Origin: Candidatus Latescibacterota bacterium
GTDB lineage: Bacteria; Latescibacterota; CBDEFO01
Direction of reading: 5' to 3'
Length of the DNA stretch: 64,000 nucleotides
Assembly (NCBI GenBank): GCA_965237525.1
Contig: CBDEFO010000008.1
Span: 1,952,001-2,016,000, forward strand
The notes below the pieces were generated by a model. That model was not told the origin of the DNA and did not search any database. It saw only the letters and a program-made list of their open reading frames with translations. A program made the position numbers and the translations under genes. Positions 1 through 9,962 of the stretch are shown here, piece by piece. Position 1 is the stretch's first letter. Every line of letters starts with the position of its first letter.

Positions 1-1
1 C

Positions 2-97
2 TTTCTGACTTCTCCCCTGGCGGCATACGTAACCGGCATAGCCCTGATTGTAGATGGAGGCATGATGTGCAAACTCCCACTACCCGAAGGGGACTGA
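2..97 (+). CDS. 3' end of an SDR-family oxidoreductase (starts before the window)
   Basis: Manual translation FLTSPLAAYVTGIALIVDGGMMCKLPLPEGD* matches the SDR C-terminal 'yvTG..l.VDGG' motif. Confidence 0.8.
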   Translation, partial: FLTSPLAAYVTGIALIVDGGMMCKLPLPEGD

Positions 98-188
98 GTC
101 CAGCAATCGCGGGGTCTGTAAGGAATTTTGTGTAAATGGGAAAATGAGTTACATTTAGTCAACCACCATTTACGTGAGGAGTTCTTAC

Positions 189-283
189 ATGAACAAGCTA
201 GGCCCGAAGTTGATTGAAGAGCTGCTAAGAGACTACGAGAAGCCGGAAGACATAATCGGTGAAGATGGTTTTTTGAAGCAGGT
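189..283 (+). pseudogene. N-terminal stub of an IS256-family transposase
   Basis: MNKLGPKLIEELLRDYEKPEDIIGEDGFLKQ resembles the IS256 start 'ELL..Y..PEDLIGE.GLLKQ'; the resemblance ends after ~31 codons. Confidence 0.75.
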
Positions 284-289
284 GGGCGA

Positions 290-487
290 ATCGGGCTGCG
301 CACATCGACACACCTGTACGGCGTGCTGTCGTCTAACGACCTTCCGACGATCATCGATAGCAGGCATTGTTTCTTTGATCTCCTTGAAGATTCGTATGAA
401 CAGAACAATCTGGCACAGACCGATCGCGAGTCTAAGCTTGCCGACACGTTACATCAAAGGCTCGAAGCGTGGAACCGGAATACTTAA
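290..487 (+). pseudogene. C-terminal fragment of a sulfatase-like gene
   Basis: Frame absent from the ORF track reads IGLRTSTHLYG...FFDLLEDSYEQNNLA...LHQRLEAW, the sulfatase 'lyDL..DP.E..NLA' tail. Confidence 0.65.
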
Positions 488-546
488 TGGCTGACTACCT
501 AGCTGTTCGTTGTGGACGAGTTTTAATCTGAATAGGAGGTTCGCAG

Positions 547-2978
547 ATGACGAAAGAGGAACTCCTACTACTAATTGAACAATGCGGTAAAGAAGAATGG
601 ACGAAGCTTCACCTCATTGGAGAACGCTTGACCGAACTACCCCTGGAGATCTGTCAGCTGACCAACTTGACATCGCTTGATCTCGGTGGCAACCAGCTAA
701 CCACACTACCCCCGGAGATCTGTCAGCTGACCAACTTGACATCGCTTGTTCTCGGTGGCAACCAGCTGACCGCACTACCTCCGGAGATCTGTCAGCTGAC
801 CAACTTGACATCGCTTAATCTCAGTGGCAACCAGCTAACCGCACTTCCACAACCAGCTGTCCGTACTACCTCCGGAGATCGGCCAACTCACTAATCGGAG
901 ATCTGTGACCAACAGAGTCCGTACTACCTCCGGAGATCTGTCCTAATCTCTTCGACAACCAGCTGACCGCACTACCTCCGGAGATGTGTCAGCTGACCAA
1001 CTTGACATCGCTTGATCTCAGTGGCAACCAGCTGTCCGTACTACCTCCGGAGATCGGCCAACTCACTAATCTGACAGAGCTTGACCTAATAGAAAACCCG
1101 CTCCCCATTCCCCCTGAGATTTTAAGTAAAATAGATCAGCCTGAAACTATTATCAACTATTATTTGCAGCATGAAACTGGTCTGAAAAGACCGTTAAGTG
1201 AAGCCAAGATGTTGCTCATCGGGCAGGGAAGCGTGGGGAAAACTTCGCTGGTCAAGCGGCTGGTGGAAGGCTGCTTTGACCCTCATGAAAACAAAACGGA
1301 GGGCATTGACATCAGACGATGGGCTGTGGACGTCGATGGGAAGAACATCCGGATCAACGTCTGGGATTTCGGCGGTCAGGAGATCATGCACGCCACCCAC
1401 CAGTTTTTTCTCACCAGACGCAGCCTCTATCTGCTTGTCTTGGACACCAGGCTGGACGAACAGGAGAATCGCTTAGAATATTGGCTCAAGATAATCCAGA
1501 GCTTCGGGGGAGAGTCGCCCATCATCGTCGTGGGTAATAAAACTGACCAGCACCCGCTGGACATCGACCGGAACGTCCTGCAGAGCAAGTACAAGAGCAT
1601 CAAAGTCTTTGTCGAAACTTCGTGCGATACTGGAGACGGCATCGAGGAGTTGAAAGCCGCCATCGCCAGAGAGGTCGGCGGTTTGGCACACATCCACGAT
1701 CAATTGCTGAACACCTGGTTTAACATCAAAACTCAGCTCGAAGGAATGACGGAGAATTACATTACATACACCGAGTATGTGGGCATTTGCAAAGTTGCGG
1801 GCATCACCGATCCTTTGAGCCAACGCACCCTCGCCAGCTTTCTCCACGATCTGGGCATCATTTTGAATTTCCAGGACAACCCCCGTCTGGAGGACACCAA
1901 CATCTTAAACCCCAAATGGGTCACAAACGGTGTCTATAATATTTTAAACTCCAATGTCCTGTTTCAAAGCAAGGGAGTTTTGGAACTGGAGCAGCTCTAC
2001 CAAGTTTTGGACCATGAGGAATACCCTCGGCAAAAGCACCTGTTCATCATGGACATGATGCGCAAGTTTGAGCTCTGTTTCAATTTTGAAGGCTTTACCG
2101 ACCAGAAGTTCCTGGTTCCTGACCTGCTCTCCAAAGAAGAACCGTACACTGGCGATTGGGATGGCGCGTTAGCTTTTCAATATCATTACAACGTCCTTCC
2201 CACCAGCATCATTTCCCGCTTCATCGTGAGGATGCAGGCCTTTATTCACCAAAACACTTTCTGGCGCTATGGAGTCGTGCTAGAGGATGGGGGGAACAAA
2301 GCCCTGGTAAAAGTGGATGTAGAGGAGAAAGAGACTATAATCTGTGTGAGTGGCCCGGAACGAACGCGGCGCGAATTCCTGTCAAACATCCGCTTCGAGT
2401 TCAACGCGATCCACAAGACAATTCCCAGAATCGAGGAGATGGAAAAGGTGCCCTTGCCCGATCATCCGGAGATCTTGGTAAGCTATGACCACTTGCTGAA
2501 CCTGGAAAAAGCGGGCATAAAGAGCTATATCCCTGAAGGACTGGTAGATGCAGTGGATGTCAATGAGTTGCTCAACGGCATTGAAACCCAGGAAGAACGC
2601 CGAAAGCGTAGGGAAGGAGAAGTTGAACCTCGTCCAAAACCACTGCCGACCGAACCCACCCCATCAAGTGATGAGACAGTCAGGAAGAAAAGTCCGTGGT
2701 TTTCAGGAACGTTTTATTTGTTTGCGGCACTCCTTGTTTTGGGAGCAATTGCCATTATCGGCATCTTTGCGCCTTCGTACATTCTCCCAATCGCAATTAT
2801 TGGCACGGTAATAATTATCTCCGTAATCAGCGCTTGCCAGTTACGCCAGGATGAACGTTTGAGTGAAGAAAGCTTTTTGACGTCTGTGCGTCAGTTCTTG
2901 AAGCAGATGACATTACTCAAAGGCGTCAGGCCATCAGAGGAGGCGCTGGAGGAAAAAGGTGGGGAGGATTCCGAATAA
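547..2978 (+). CDS. LRR-Roc-COR (Roco) GTPase with C-terminal two-TM domain; frame broken in the LRR tract (ORFs 547-894 and 984-2978)
   Basis: RBS aggagg; 23-aa LRRs; P-loop GQGSVGKTS, WDFGGQE, NKTD; COR motifs LHDLGIILNF and ILNPKWVT; two hydrophobic helices near the C-terminus. Confidence 0.92.
637..1100 (+). repeat. 69-bp LRR-coding tandem repeat with a scrambled 128-bp segment (844-971)
   Basis: Near-identical units start at 637, 706, 775, 972 and 1041. Confidence 0.95.
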
Positions 2979-3209
2979 CGTCTGTGTCGAACTTATGATG
3001 TACTCCACTTTCGCATCACCTTCGAAAAACTCAAAGGGGAACCAGAAGAGTCGCTCATAGAGGACACTCGACAAATGTGATGCGCTGCGAGCAAACCCAT
3101 TTACACAAAAAATCTGACACACCCAGCAATCGCGGGGCTGATCCAATCTTCTATCTATGAGCTACAACCAGAACGAAGAGTTCCCAAATAGGATTCACAA
3201 GGAGGACAG

Positions 3210-4688
3210 ATGAAGTTCAGATATACTATAATCCTTGCGGTTATCTTTGCAGGGCTCCTTGCTTTTGCGCTCCGCGATAAACGACAGCGCCAGGAGAAAG
3301 AAGAGACAAAAAAGGAGGCGGAGAAGTTACTTATATTTGACAGAGATCAGGTGAGACGGCTGACTCTGATCCGGGAGGATGAGACCATTGTGGCAGAAAA
3401 AGAGGAGTCGGGAGAATGGAAGATAGTTTCCCCTGTCCAGACAGACGCTGACAACGACGCTGTTGAAAGGCTCATAGACAACATTGGAAACACCCGAACA
3501 GATAGAGTCCTCGTAAAGGAGGTGGATGTAGAGGACGCAGAAGAGACACTCGAAGGATACGGTCTGGATAAACCCACTGTCGTTCTGCACATGGAGCTGG
3601 AAGGTGATGCGACCAGTACGTACGGTCAACTGGATACGGTTTACTATGGGGGAGAAAGCCCTACCAGTTCCTACGCATACGTAAGGAAAGGGCAGAGTCT
3701 GGATATACTTACTATCCCGCTTTGGAGGAGGGATAATGTGGACAAGCAGCTTTTCGATCTGAGAGATCAAAGGGTGCTGGGGTTTCAAAGCGATGAAGTG
3801 AGACAATTAGATATCAAAAGGGCTGGTATTTTAATGTCGGTCTCCAGGTCGGGAAGTATGTGGAACATAGATAAACCTGTCCAGGACAGAGGTGACGGAG
3901 ACGAAATAGATAAGATCATACGAAAGCTGAATCAGGAGAAGGTCAAAGAGTTCGTCAGCGAATCGCCTGACATGGGTGAGCTTGAGGGATACGGGCTTAC
4001 AGATCCGCATGTAGAGGTCACACTCTGGCTGGGGGCGGACAGAGCTAAGAAGATTCTCTATATCGGAGACGAAAAGCGTAGTGATCTCTATGCCCAGGAT
4101 AAAGAGGACGCTGATCGCTACGCCAAGGATGAATCGAAGGAAGCTGTCTTTCTGATATCTTCCGAATTGAAGGAGGCCCTGGAGGTAGACCCCTTTGCGC
4201 TTCGATACAAACAATTAGCTGATTTCGAAAGCGACGATATAGACAAGGTGGAGTTCGCATACAAAGAAGAGGCGCCCACTCCGTATAACGCGATCTTATG
4301 TGTGAAGGACACGTCTGGTAACTGGAGCGTGGCATTCCCATCCCCGATAGATTCAATCGGGCAAAAGAAAGATGCCAAAGGATGGAAGATTCGCGGTGCT
4401 ATGAGTGATATAGCTGATCTCAAAGCTGAGAAGTTCCTCCCAGAGGAGTCTTCCGACACGGAGTCGGCGCTGGACCTGTCCCAGTACGGTCTTGAGCGCC
4501 CGCGCATCACCGTCAGATTGTGGAAGGGAGAGAAGCTGGTGCTCCAGTTTTTCATCGGCAAGGGGAAGGATGAGTTCGTCTACGCCAAGACATCCCAAAG
4601 CGATAGGGTCTACCTTGTCAGAAAGAGTATAGTGGAGGATCTGAACTTCACTATAGACGACATAGCAGTATCAGAAGGAGGGGCTTGA
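3210..4688 (+). CDS. DUF4340 domain-containing membrane-anchored protein
   Basis: N-terminal anchor; three repeats with 'W.I..P...AD' and 'L..YGL..P' motifs; RBS aggagg. Confidence 0.85.
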   Translation: MKFRYTIILAVIFAGLLAFALRDKRQRQEKEETKKEAEKLLIFDRDQVRRLTLIREDETIVAEKEESGEWKIVSPVQTDADNDAVERLIDNIGNTRTDRVLVKEVDVEDAEETLEGYGLDKPTVVLHMELEGDATSTYGQLDTVYYGGESPTSSYAYVRKGQSLDILTIPLWRRDNVDKQLFDLRDQRVLGFQSDEVRQLDIKRAGILMSVSRSGSMWNIDKPVQDRGDGDEIDKIIRKLNQEKVKEFVSESPDMGELEGYGLTDPHVEVTLWLGADRAKKILYIGDEKRSDLYAQDKEDADRYAKDESKEAVFLISSELKEALEVDPFALRYKQLADFESDDIDKVEFAYKEEAPTPYNAILCVKDTSGNWSVAFPSPIDSIGQKKDAKGWKIRGAMSDIADLKAEKFLPEESSDTESALDLSQYGLERPRITVRLWKGEKLVLQFFIGKGKDEFVYAKTSQSDRVYLVRKSIVEDLNFTIDDIAVSEGGA

Positions 4689-5683
4689 GGGAAGAAATGG
4701 GCAAGGTGCAAGCCGTAGTCTTTAGAGCCGCGGCGGTTATGTTTATCTGGCTTTACCCCTCCTTTTGTCAAAGCGGCGTTACTGTCAGGTCAGAGGTCGA
4801 CAGGTCCACTATTACCGTCGGCGACCCTATCAAGTATACTCTCATTATCACTTACGAAGAATACGATAGAGTCTATCCTCCTCCTCTGGCCTCCAACCTC
4901 GGCCAGTTTGAGATCAAGGACTTCAAATACCCCCGGACTATGCGGACAGACGAGGGACTCCTCGAGGTGAGGACGGAATATACCGTAACTGCCTACAGGA
5001 CAGGTGACTTTCAGATACCTCCCCTAATAATTGGATTTGTCACAGCGGAGGGGGACAGCGGTTGGATAGAGTCCGAGCCTATAGCGATCAGGATCCAGAG
5101 CGTGAATGTGGAGGGGGCTAAGGATATCCGCGATATTAAAGGCCCCGTTGAAATCCCGCAGGGAGTAAGGTCGTGGATGATCTGGAGCGGGGTTGCCCTG
5201 CTTGTAGCTTTAGCGGGCGTGTGCCTCCATATCTTGGCAAGTAGGAAAAAAAGACTGCAAGAAGATATAGCGACAGAGCCGGATGTCCCCATAGACGAAC
5301 TTGGGGAGTTCGACAAGATAGATGCCCTGGGTCTGATAGAAAAGGGTCAATACAAAGAACATTATATATTGATCTCAGAGGCCCTCAGAAGATATATAGA
5401 GAGACGCTACAAAGTAGAGGCTATGGAGAGGACTACCTATGAGCTTCTGGCCGATATGAACGATGCCAGGGCAGAACGTATGATAGAGATAGAAAAAGAG
5501 CACATAGAGTCAATAGATGATTTTCTCTCAGGATGTGATCTGGTCAAATTCGCCAAGTATATGCCTCGTTTAGAAGAAGCGAAAGGCTCTACACAAAGAG
5601 CCACGGCCATCGTGAAGGATACACAGATAAAGGAGTCTAAAGAACCGGACGAAGTCTTAGAATCCGAGGCTTCCCGAGGATAG
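4685..5683 (+). CDS. BatD-like/DUF4381 membrane protein of the bat operon
   Basis: VDRSTITVGD start, DIRDIKGP plus TM, ERTTYEL, DLVKFAK motifs; lies directly before batA. Confidence 0.8.
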   Translation: MREEMGKVQAVVFRAAAVMFIWLYPSFCQSGVTVRSEVDRSTITVGDPIKYTLIITYEEYDRVYPPPLASNLGQFEIKDFKYPRTMRTDEGLLEVRTEYTVTAYRTGDFQIPPLIIGFVTAEGDSGWIESEPIAIRIQSVNVEGAKDIRDIKGPVEIPQGVRSWMIWSGVALLVALAGVCLHILASRKKRLQEDIATEPDVPIDELGEFDKIDALGLIEKGQYKEHYILISEALRRYIERRYKVEAMERTTYELLADMNDARAERMIEIEKEHIESIDDFLSGCDLVKFAKYMPRLEEAKGSTQRATAIVKDTQIKESKEPDEVLESEASRG

Positions 5684-5690
5684 AATCGCT

Positions 5691-6713
5691 GTGATGCGCT
5701 TTCAGAATCCATATCTACTTCTCCTTTTGCTGGTCATCCCGGTCATAATCTATCGCTACATTAAGGGTGAAAAGAGCGGGACGATACGGTTCTCCGATAT
5801 AGGCTCTATCAAGAGCATCAGACCCTCCCTCAAACTCCGGCATAGTCTCATAGTCCTGAGATCCCTGGGATTGGCACTTTTAATAGTCGCTTTTGCGCGT
5901 CCGCAGTCTGGAACGGAAGAAAGAGAGATGCTCACAGAGGGAATAGACATCATCCTGACGCTGGACGCATCGGGCAGTATGCAGAGCAAAGACCTTGACA
6001 GCAACAAAAAGTCCAGACTTGATGTCTCAAAAGAGGTCGTATCTGAGTTCGTGAATGGGCGCACAAATGATCGTTTGGGCTTGGTAGTCTTTGCCGGAAG
6101 GAGCGCTACGTGGTGTCCCTTGACGCTCGATTACGGGACTTTCTTGAATTTTCTGGACAGTGTGAGCATAGAGCAGCTCCAGGACATCGTAATGTCAGAC
6201 AGCACAGCCATAGGCACCGCTATTGCTAACTCTGTAGCCCAGCTTGGAGAGAGTGAGGCCAAAAGCAAGGTTATTATACTTCTTACGGACGGCTCCAACA
6301 ACAAAGTGGACCGCATCCCGAACACGGGGATTGTAATGGACCCTATAACGGCGGCTCGTATCGCCGCCTCCCTCGGGATCAGAATATACACTATCGGAGC
6401 CGGTAGCAAGGGGACAATAATGCGTGAAGTGGAGGGTATATTCGGCGTGCGCTTTCTGCCCTACCGGGTCGAAATAGATGAAGAGACGCTGCAGAAGATA
6501 GCCGACATCACAGGTGGGAAGTACTACAGAGCTACGAGCCAGGAGAAGCTGTCAGAGATCTACGAGGAGATAAGCCAACTGGAAAAGACCGAGATCAAGA
6601 CCAAGGAGCATGTGGAATACACGGAGATATTCTCAAAGTTTGCGCTGGCAGGGCTATTTATGTTGCTGTTGGAGATATTTCTGGCAAATACCAGATTCAG
6701 GAAAATACCTTAA
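5691..6713 (+). CDS. batA: VWA domain protein BatA
   Basis: BatA N-terminus, MIDAS DASGSM, ILLTDGSNN, RIYTIGAG, IDEETLQKIA. Confidence 0.88.
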   Translation: MMRFQNPYLLLLLLVIPVIIYRYIKGEKSGTIRFSDIGSIKSIRPSLKLRHSLIVLRSLGLALLIVAFARPQSGTEEREMLTEGIDIILTLDASGSMQSKDLDSNKKSRLDVSKEVVSEFVNGRTNDRLGLVVFAGRSATWCPLTLDYGTFLNFLDSVSIEQLQDIVMSDSTAIGTAIANSVAQLGESEAKSKVIILLTDGSNNKVDRIPNTGIVMDPITAARIAASLGIRIYTIGAGSKGTIMREVEGIFGVRFLPYRVEIDEETLQKIADITGGKYYRATSQEKLSEIYEEISQLEKTEIKTKEHVEYTEIFSKFALAGLFMLLLEIFLANTRFRKIP

Positions 6714-6754
6714 GTGCGGTAGACAGTAGCCCCCGATAGATTCAATCGGGGGTG

Positions 6755-6806
6755 GACAGTAGACAGGACAAACAAGTAGACAGCAAACAGTAGTCAGTAG
6801 ACAGGG
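6755..6806 (+). repeat. Degenerate heptamer tandem repeat (gacagta-like)
   Basis: gacagta gacagga ... gacagca aacagta gtcagta gacaggg in the batA-batB spacer; a related inverted tract lies at ~8106-8145. Confidence 0.6.
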
Positions 6807-6965
6807 CACCACCGCCCTTCCCACCAGATTGCTTTGCAGTCCCCGATATAAGCAATCGGGGACTGCCCCTACAGATGAATTTAGGGACCAGACCGCGTAG
6901 TTTGTCGCCTCCACTGCCTGACAACGCACGCGGTGGCAGCGGGACAACGGCCCCGACGAAAGCAC

Positions 6966-7985
6966 ATGAACATGCATTTTGGAGAACCTGCATATTTTCA
7001 CTGCTTATGGCTCATTCCTGCGCTGATCATCTTCTACGTCTGGGCGTTCAGGAGAAAGAAGCGGGCGCTTTTCCTCTTCGGGGGCACGGAGCTTATAGAC
7101 AAATTGGCGGCGTCCAGGAGCAGAAGGAACCAGATATGGAAGATAATCTTATCTATATTGGGCATCTTTTTCCTTGTCTTGGCCTTGGTGCGGCCTCAAC
7201 TGGGAGCGAAGCTGAAATTAGGTCAAAGCAGGGGCGTGGATGTGGTCATACTCCTGGACACGTCCTTGAGCATGCTGTCGGAGGACATCAAACCGAACAG
7301 GCTGGAAAGGGCAAAATACGGCATCAGAGATCTAATAGATAAGCTGGGTGGGAATCGCATCGGGATAGTTTCCTTTGCCGGAGAAAGTTACATAGAGTGT
7401 CCGCTGACTTTAGATTACAGCACCGCTCAGAGTATCGTTGACGGTCTGGATACGACCTCTGTTCAGGGGACTGCTGTCGGCGACGCTATACGGATGGCAT
7501 CGTCCCTTTTCAATAAGAAGGACCTCAAGTACAAGGTGATGGTAATCTTTTCGGATGGAGAGAGCCACGAAAGCGACATCACAAGCGCAGCCGAAATAGC
7601 CACGGATGAGGGCGTCGTCATACACGCTGTGGGAGTCGGTACAAAGAAGGGGGACGTTATCTCCTTCCGCCAGAAAGATGGAAACGTAGAATATAAGAAG
7701 GATAGGGCAGGAAACGTGGTGGTTACCAGGCTGATGGAGAGCAACCTGCAAAGAATCGCTTTCCACTCCGGAGGCATCTATCAGAGCATGCGGGAGTTTG
7801 AGCCGGAGGAGATATACGAAGAGATCTCAAAGATGGAAAAGAAAGAACTGCAATCTAGAAAGTACACTAAATATGAAGACAGATTTCAGTACGTCTTGGT
7901 CTTCTCCATAGCCGCTCTTATTATAGAATCTATTACCAGTGACAGAAGGAGGCTGAAGGCGGAATGGAAGGGGCGGTTCCAATGA
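6966..7985 (+). CDS. batB: VWA domain protein BatB
   Basis: DTSLSM MIDAS, DIKPNRLERAK, CPLTLDY, FSDGESH; start chosen at MNMHFGEP. Confidence 0.85.
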   Translation: MNMHFGEPAYFHCLWLIPALIIFYVWAFRRKKRALFLFGGTELIDKLAASRSRRNQIWKIILSILGIFFLVLALVRPQLGAKLKLGQSRGVDVVILLDTSLSMLSEDIKPNRLERAKYGIRDLIDKLGGNRIGIVSFAGESYIECPLTLDYSTAQSIVDGLDTTSVQGTAVGDAIRMASSLFNKKDLKYKVMVIFSDGESHESDITSAAEIATDEGVVIHAVGVGTKKGDVISFRQKDGNVEYKKDRAGNVVVTRLMESNLQRIAFHSGGIYQSMREFEPEEIYEEISKMEKKELQSRKYTKYEDRFQYVLVFSIAALIIESITSDRRRLKAEWKGRFQ

Positions 7986-9940
7986 TCCATCGGGAGACTC
8001 GTCAGGTAAACAACGTAAGAATAAGTGGAAAGGCAAGCGGAGCGTTGCCCTGTCTGCCCCGATTGCATCTTTCGGGGGGAGGCCCTCGATTGTATCCATG
8101 TGGCGCTACTATCTACTGTCTGCTGATACCTGTCTTCTGTATACTGATTTTGTCGGTGTCGTTTCCTGCCTATACTGCTGACGTTAGCTTTCAGGCCTAC
8201 GTAGACAAGAATAAGATCGGAACGACCGACCGGCTTAAGCTGATCGTATCGGTCTCGGGATCTAAGCTGGGCAGCCTCCCCGATCCGGTCCTCCCCACTC
8301 TGAACAATTTTACCGTGTCCGCTCCGGTCCGAAGCTCATCTTCCAGCTATCAGTTCTCCACAGGCGGTAGTTTGGTATCCGAACAGAAATTAGAGTTTAC
8401 GTATATTCTGCGCCCTCTGAGGAGCGGGCGCTTGGTTATAGGTCCCGTGAAAATGAAGGTTAAGGCTGTGGAGTATGAGTCTCGTCCTATTCAGATCCAA
8501 GTAGTCGAGGGAACCACTGAAACTGTGAGGACGCCGAGAGGTAGTCAAATACCGATAGAGGGAAATCTGTATATGGAGGTGACTGCAGATAGAGAGAGGG
8601 CATACGTGGGCGAGCAGATAACCCTGTCCTACGACCTTTACAACAGATTCAGTATTTCAGACTTAAGATACAACGCCGCCCCTGCGTATCAGGACTTCTG
8701 GGTTGAGGATATATTCGATTTCAGAACAAAGAGTTATCTGGAGAGCAGACGAGAGGCGATAGATAACCGACTCTTTGAAGTAGCTCTTCTGAAAAAGGTG
8801 GCAGTCTTTCCGAAGGCTCCGGGTACTTTCAGGATAGAGCCTCTTAAGATAGAATGCGACATCCAGGTGAGAGGTAGGAGTACGAGCATCTTTGACTTTG
8901 GTGGATTCTCCTCAAGGACGAAGACCCTTTTAGTTCAGTCCGATCCCATAGATGTGGAGGTTCTGCCGCTGCCACAAAGGGGAAAGACGGGGGATTTTGA
9001 CGTTCCTGTCGGCGACTTTTCCATCTCGGCTTCGACCGATCTGAAGACCGCTACAAAGGGGGATGCGATATCCTTAAAGGTGGTCATCTCGGGTGCGGGA
9101 AATGTAACTTCCATAAGGGAACTGAAGTCTCCTCTCTTGGACTCGTTCAAGGTCTACGATCCTAAAATAGAGGCAGAATCGAAGGCCGTAGACGGGATCA
9201 TTCAGGGCACAAAGACGTTCGAATATGTTCTGATACCTGAGACTGACGGCGATCTTCTGATAGCTCCCTTTGAGTTTTCTTACTTCGATCCTGCAAAAGA
9301 AAGGTATATGACGACTCAGACTTCTCCTCTGTCCCTCAGTATTTCTCCTGTGTTAGAGACCGAGAAGGTTTCGGCGGGATATGGCCTTTCCCGCGAGGAA
9401 ATAAAGTTAATAGGGGAGGATATACGCTATATCAAGCCCGATTATAGAGGGGCAGAACGCCAGCTTGAGGATCAGGGCCGACCCTTATACAAGAATATGC
9501 GTTTCTTATTCCTTCAGATAGTCCCCGTCATAGCCCTGATCGGGGCCTGGACATATAAACGGCACCTTGTGAAGGTTCGTACCGATGCTGCCTACGTCCG
9601 CAGGAAGAGGGCCAAAACTCAGGCCGCCAGGAGGCTCAAAAGGGCAAGGCAACTTATGAAAGATGAGTCATCAACCGAGTTCTACGCTGAGATCAACAGC
9701 GCTCTTTCGGAGTTTTTGGCGGATAAGCTCAATATCCCGGCTGCAGGGCTCACCAAAGATTCTATGGAGGAGCATCTACTGCAAAGAGGCGTAGACCAGG
9801 CATTGGTAGATAACCTGAAAGATACTCTAAGCCGGTGTGACTTTGCAAGGTTTGCCCCCTCCCAATCTATGTCCGATGATCTGGAAACGCTCCTGAATAA
9901 GACCGAAAAGTCCATTGATCGTTTGGAAAAGCGAATTTAA
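7982..9940 (+). CDS. batD: BatD family protein
   Basis: Signal peptide, BatD Ig-like repeats (AYVGEQITLSY, VGDFSI), DIRYIK, TM, CDFARFAP; start uncertain. Confidence 0.85.
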   Translation: MIHRETRQVNNVRISGKASGALPCLPRLHLSGGGPRLYPCGATIYCLLIPVFCILILSVSFPAYTADVSFQAYVDKNKIGTTDRLKLIVSVSGSKLGSLPDPVLPTLNNFTVSAPVRSSSSSYQFSTGGSLVSEQKLEFTYILRPLRSGRLVIGPVKMKVKAVEYESRPIQIQVVEGTTETVRTPRGSQIPIEGNLYMEVTADRERAYVGEQITLSYDLYNRFSISDLRYNAAPAYQDFWVEDIFDFRTKSYLESRREAIDNRLFEVALLKKVAVFPKAPGTFRIEPLKIECDIQVRGRSTSIFDFGGFSSRTKTLLVQSDPIDVEVLPLPQRGKTGDFDVPVGDFSISASTDLKTATKGDAISLKVVISGAGNVTSIRELKSPLLDSFKVYDPKIEAESKAVDGIIQGTKTFEYVLIPETDGDLLIAPFEFSYFDPAKERYMTTQTSPLSLSISPVLETEKVSAGYGLSREEIKLIGEDIRYIKPDYRGAERQLEDQGRPLYKNMRFLFLQIVPVIALIGAWTYKRHLVKVRTDAAYVRRKRAKTQAARRLKRARQLMKDESSTEFYAEINSALSEFLADKLNIPAAGLTKDSMEEHLLQRGVDQALVDNLKDTLSRCDFARFAPSQSMSDDLETLLNKTEKSIDRLEKRI

Positions 9941-9962
9941 TCTTTCCGAGATCTCATAACCC

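Larger units (their letters stand above)
112..3124 (+). mobile_element. Non-autonomous IS256-derived cassette carrying a Roco gene
   Basis: 29-bp imperfect inverted repeats at 112-140 (gggtctgtaaggaattttgtgtaaatggg) and 3096-3124 (24/29 match); direct repeat agcaatcgcg at 102-111 and 3125-3134; IS256-like N-terminal stub just inside the left end. Confidence 0.85.

Noticed and set aside
174..494. 106-aa ORF as a real protein
   Set aside because: Chimera of the IS256 stub and an out-of-frame sulfatase fragment.
637..1100. CRISPR-like array (also considered for the FG-GAP tracts)
   Set aside because: Units are contiguous, codon-multiple and protein-coding, with no unique spacers and no cas genes.
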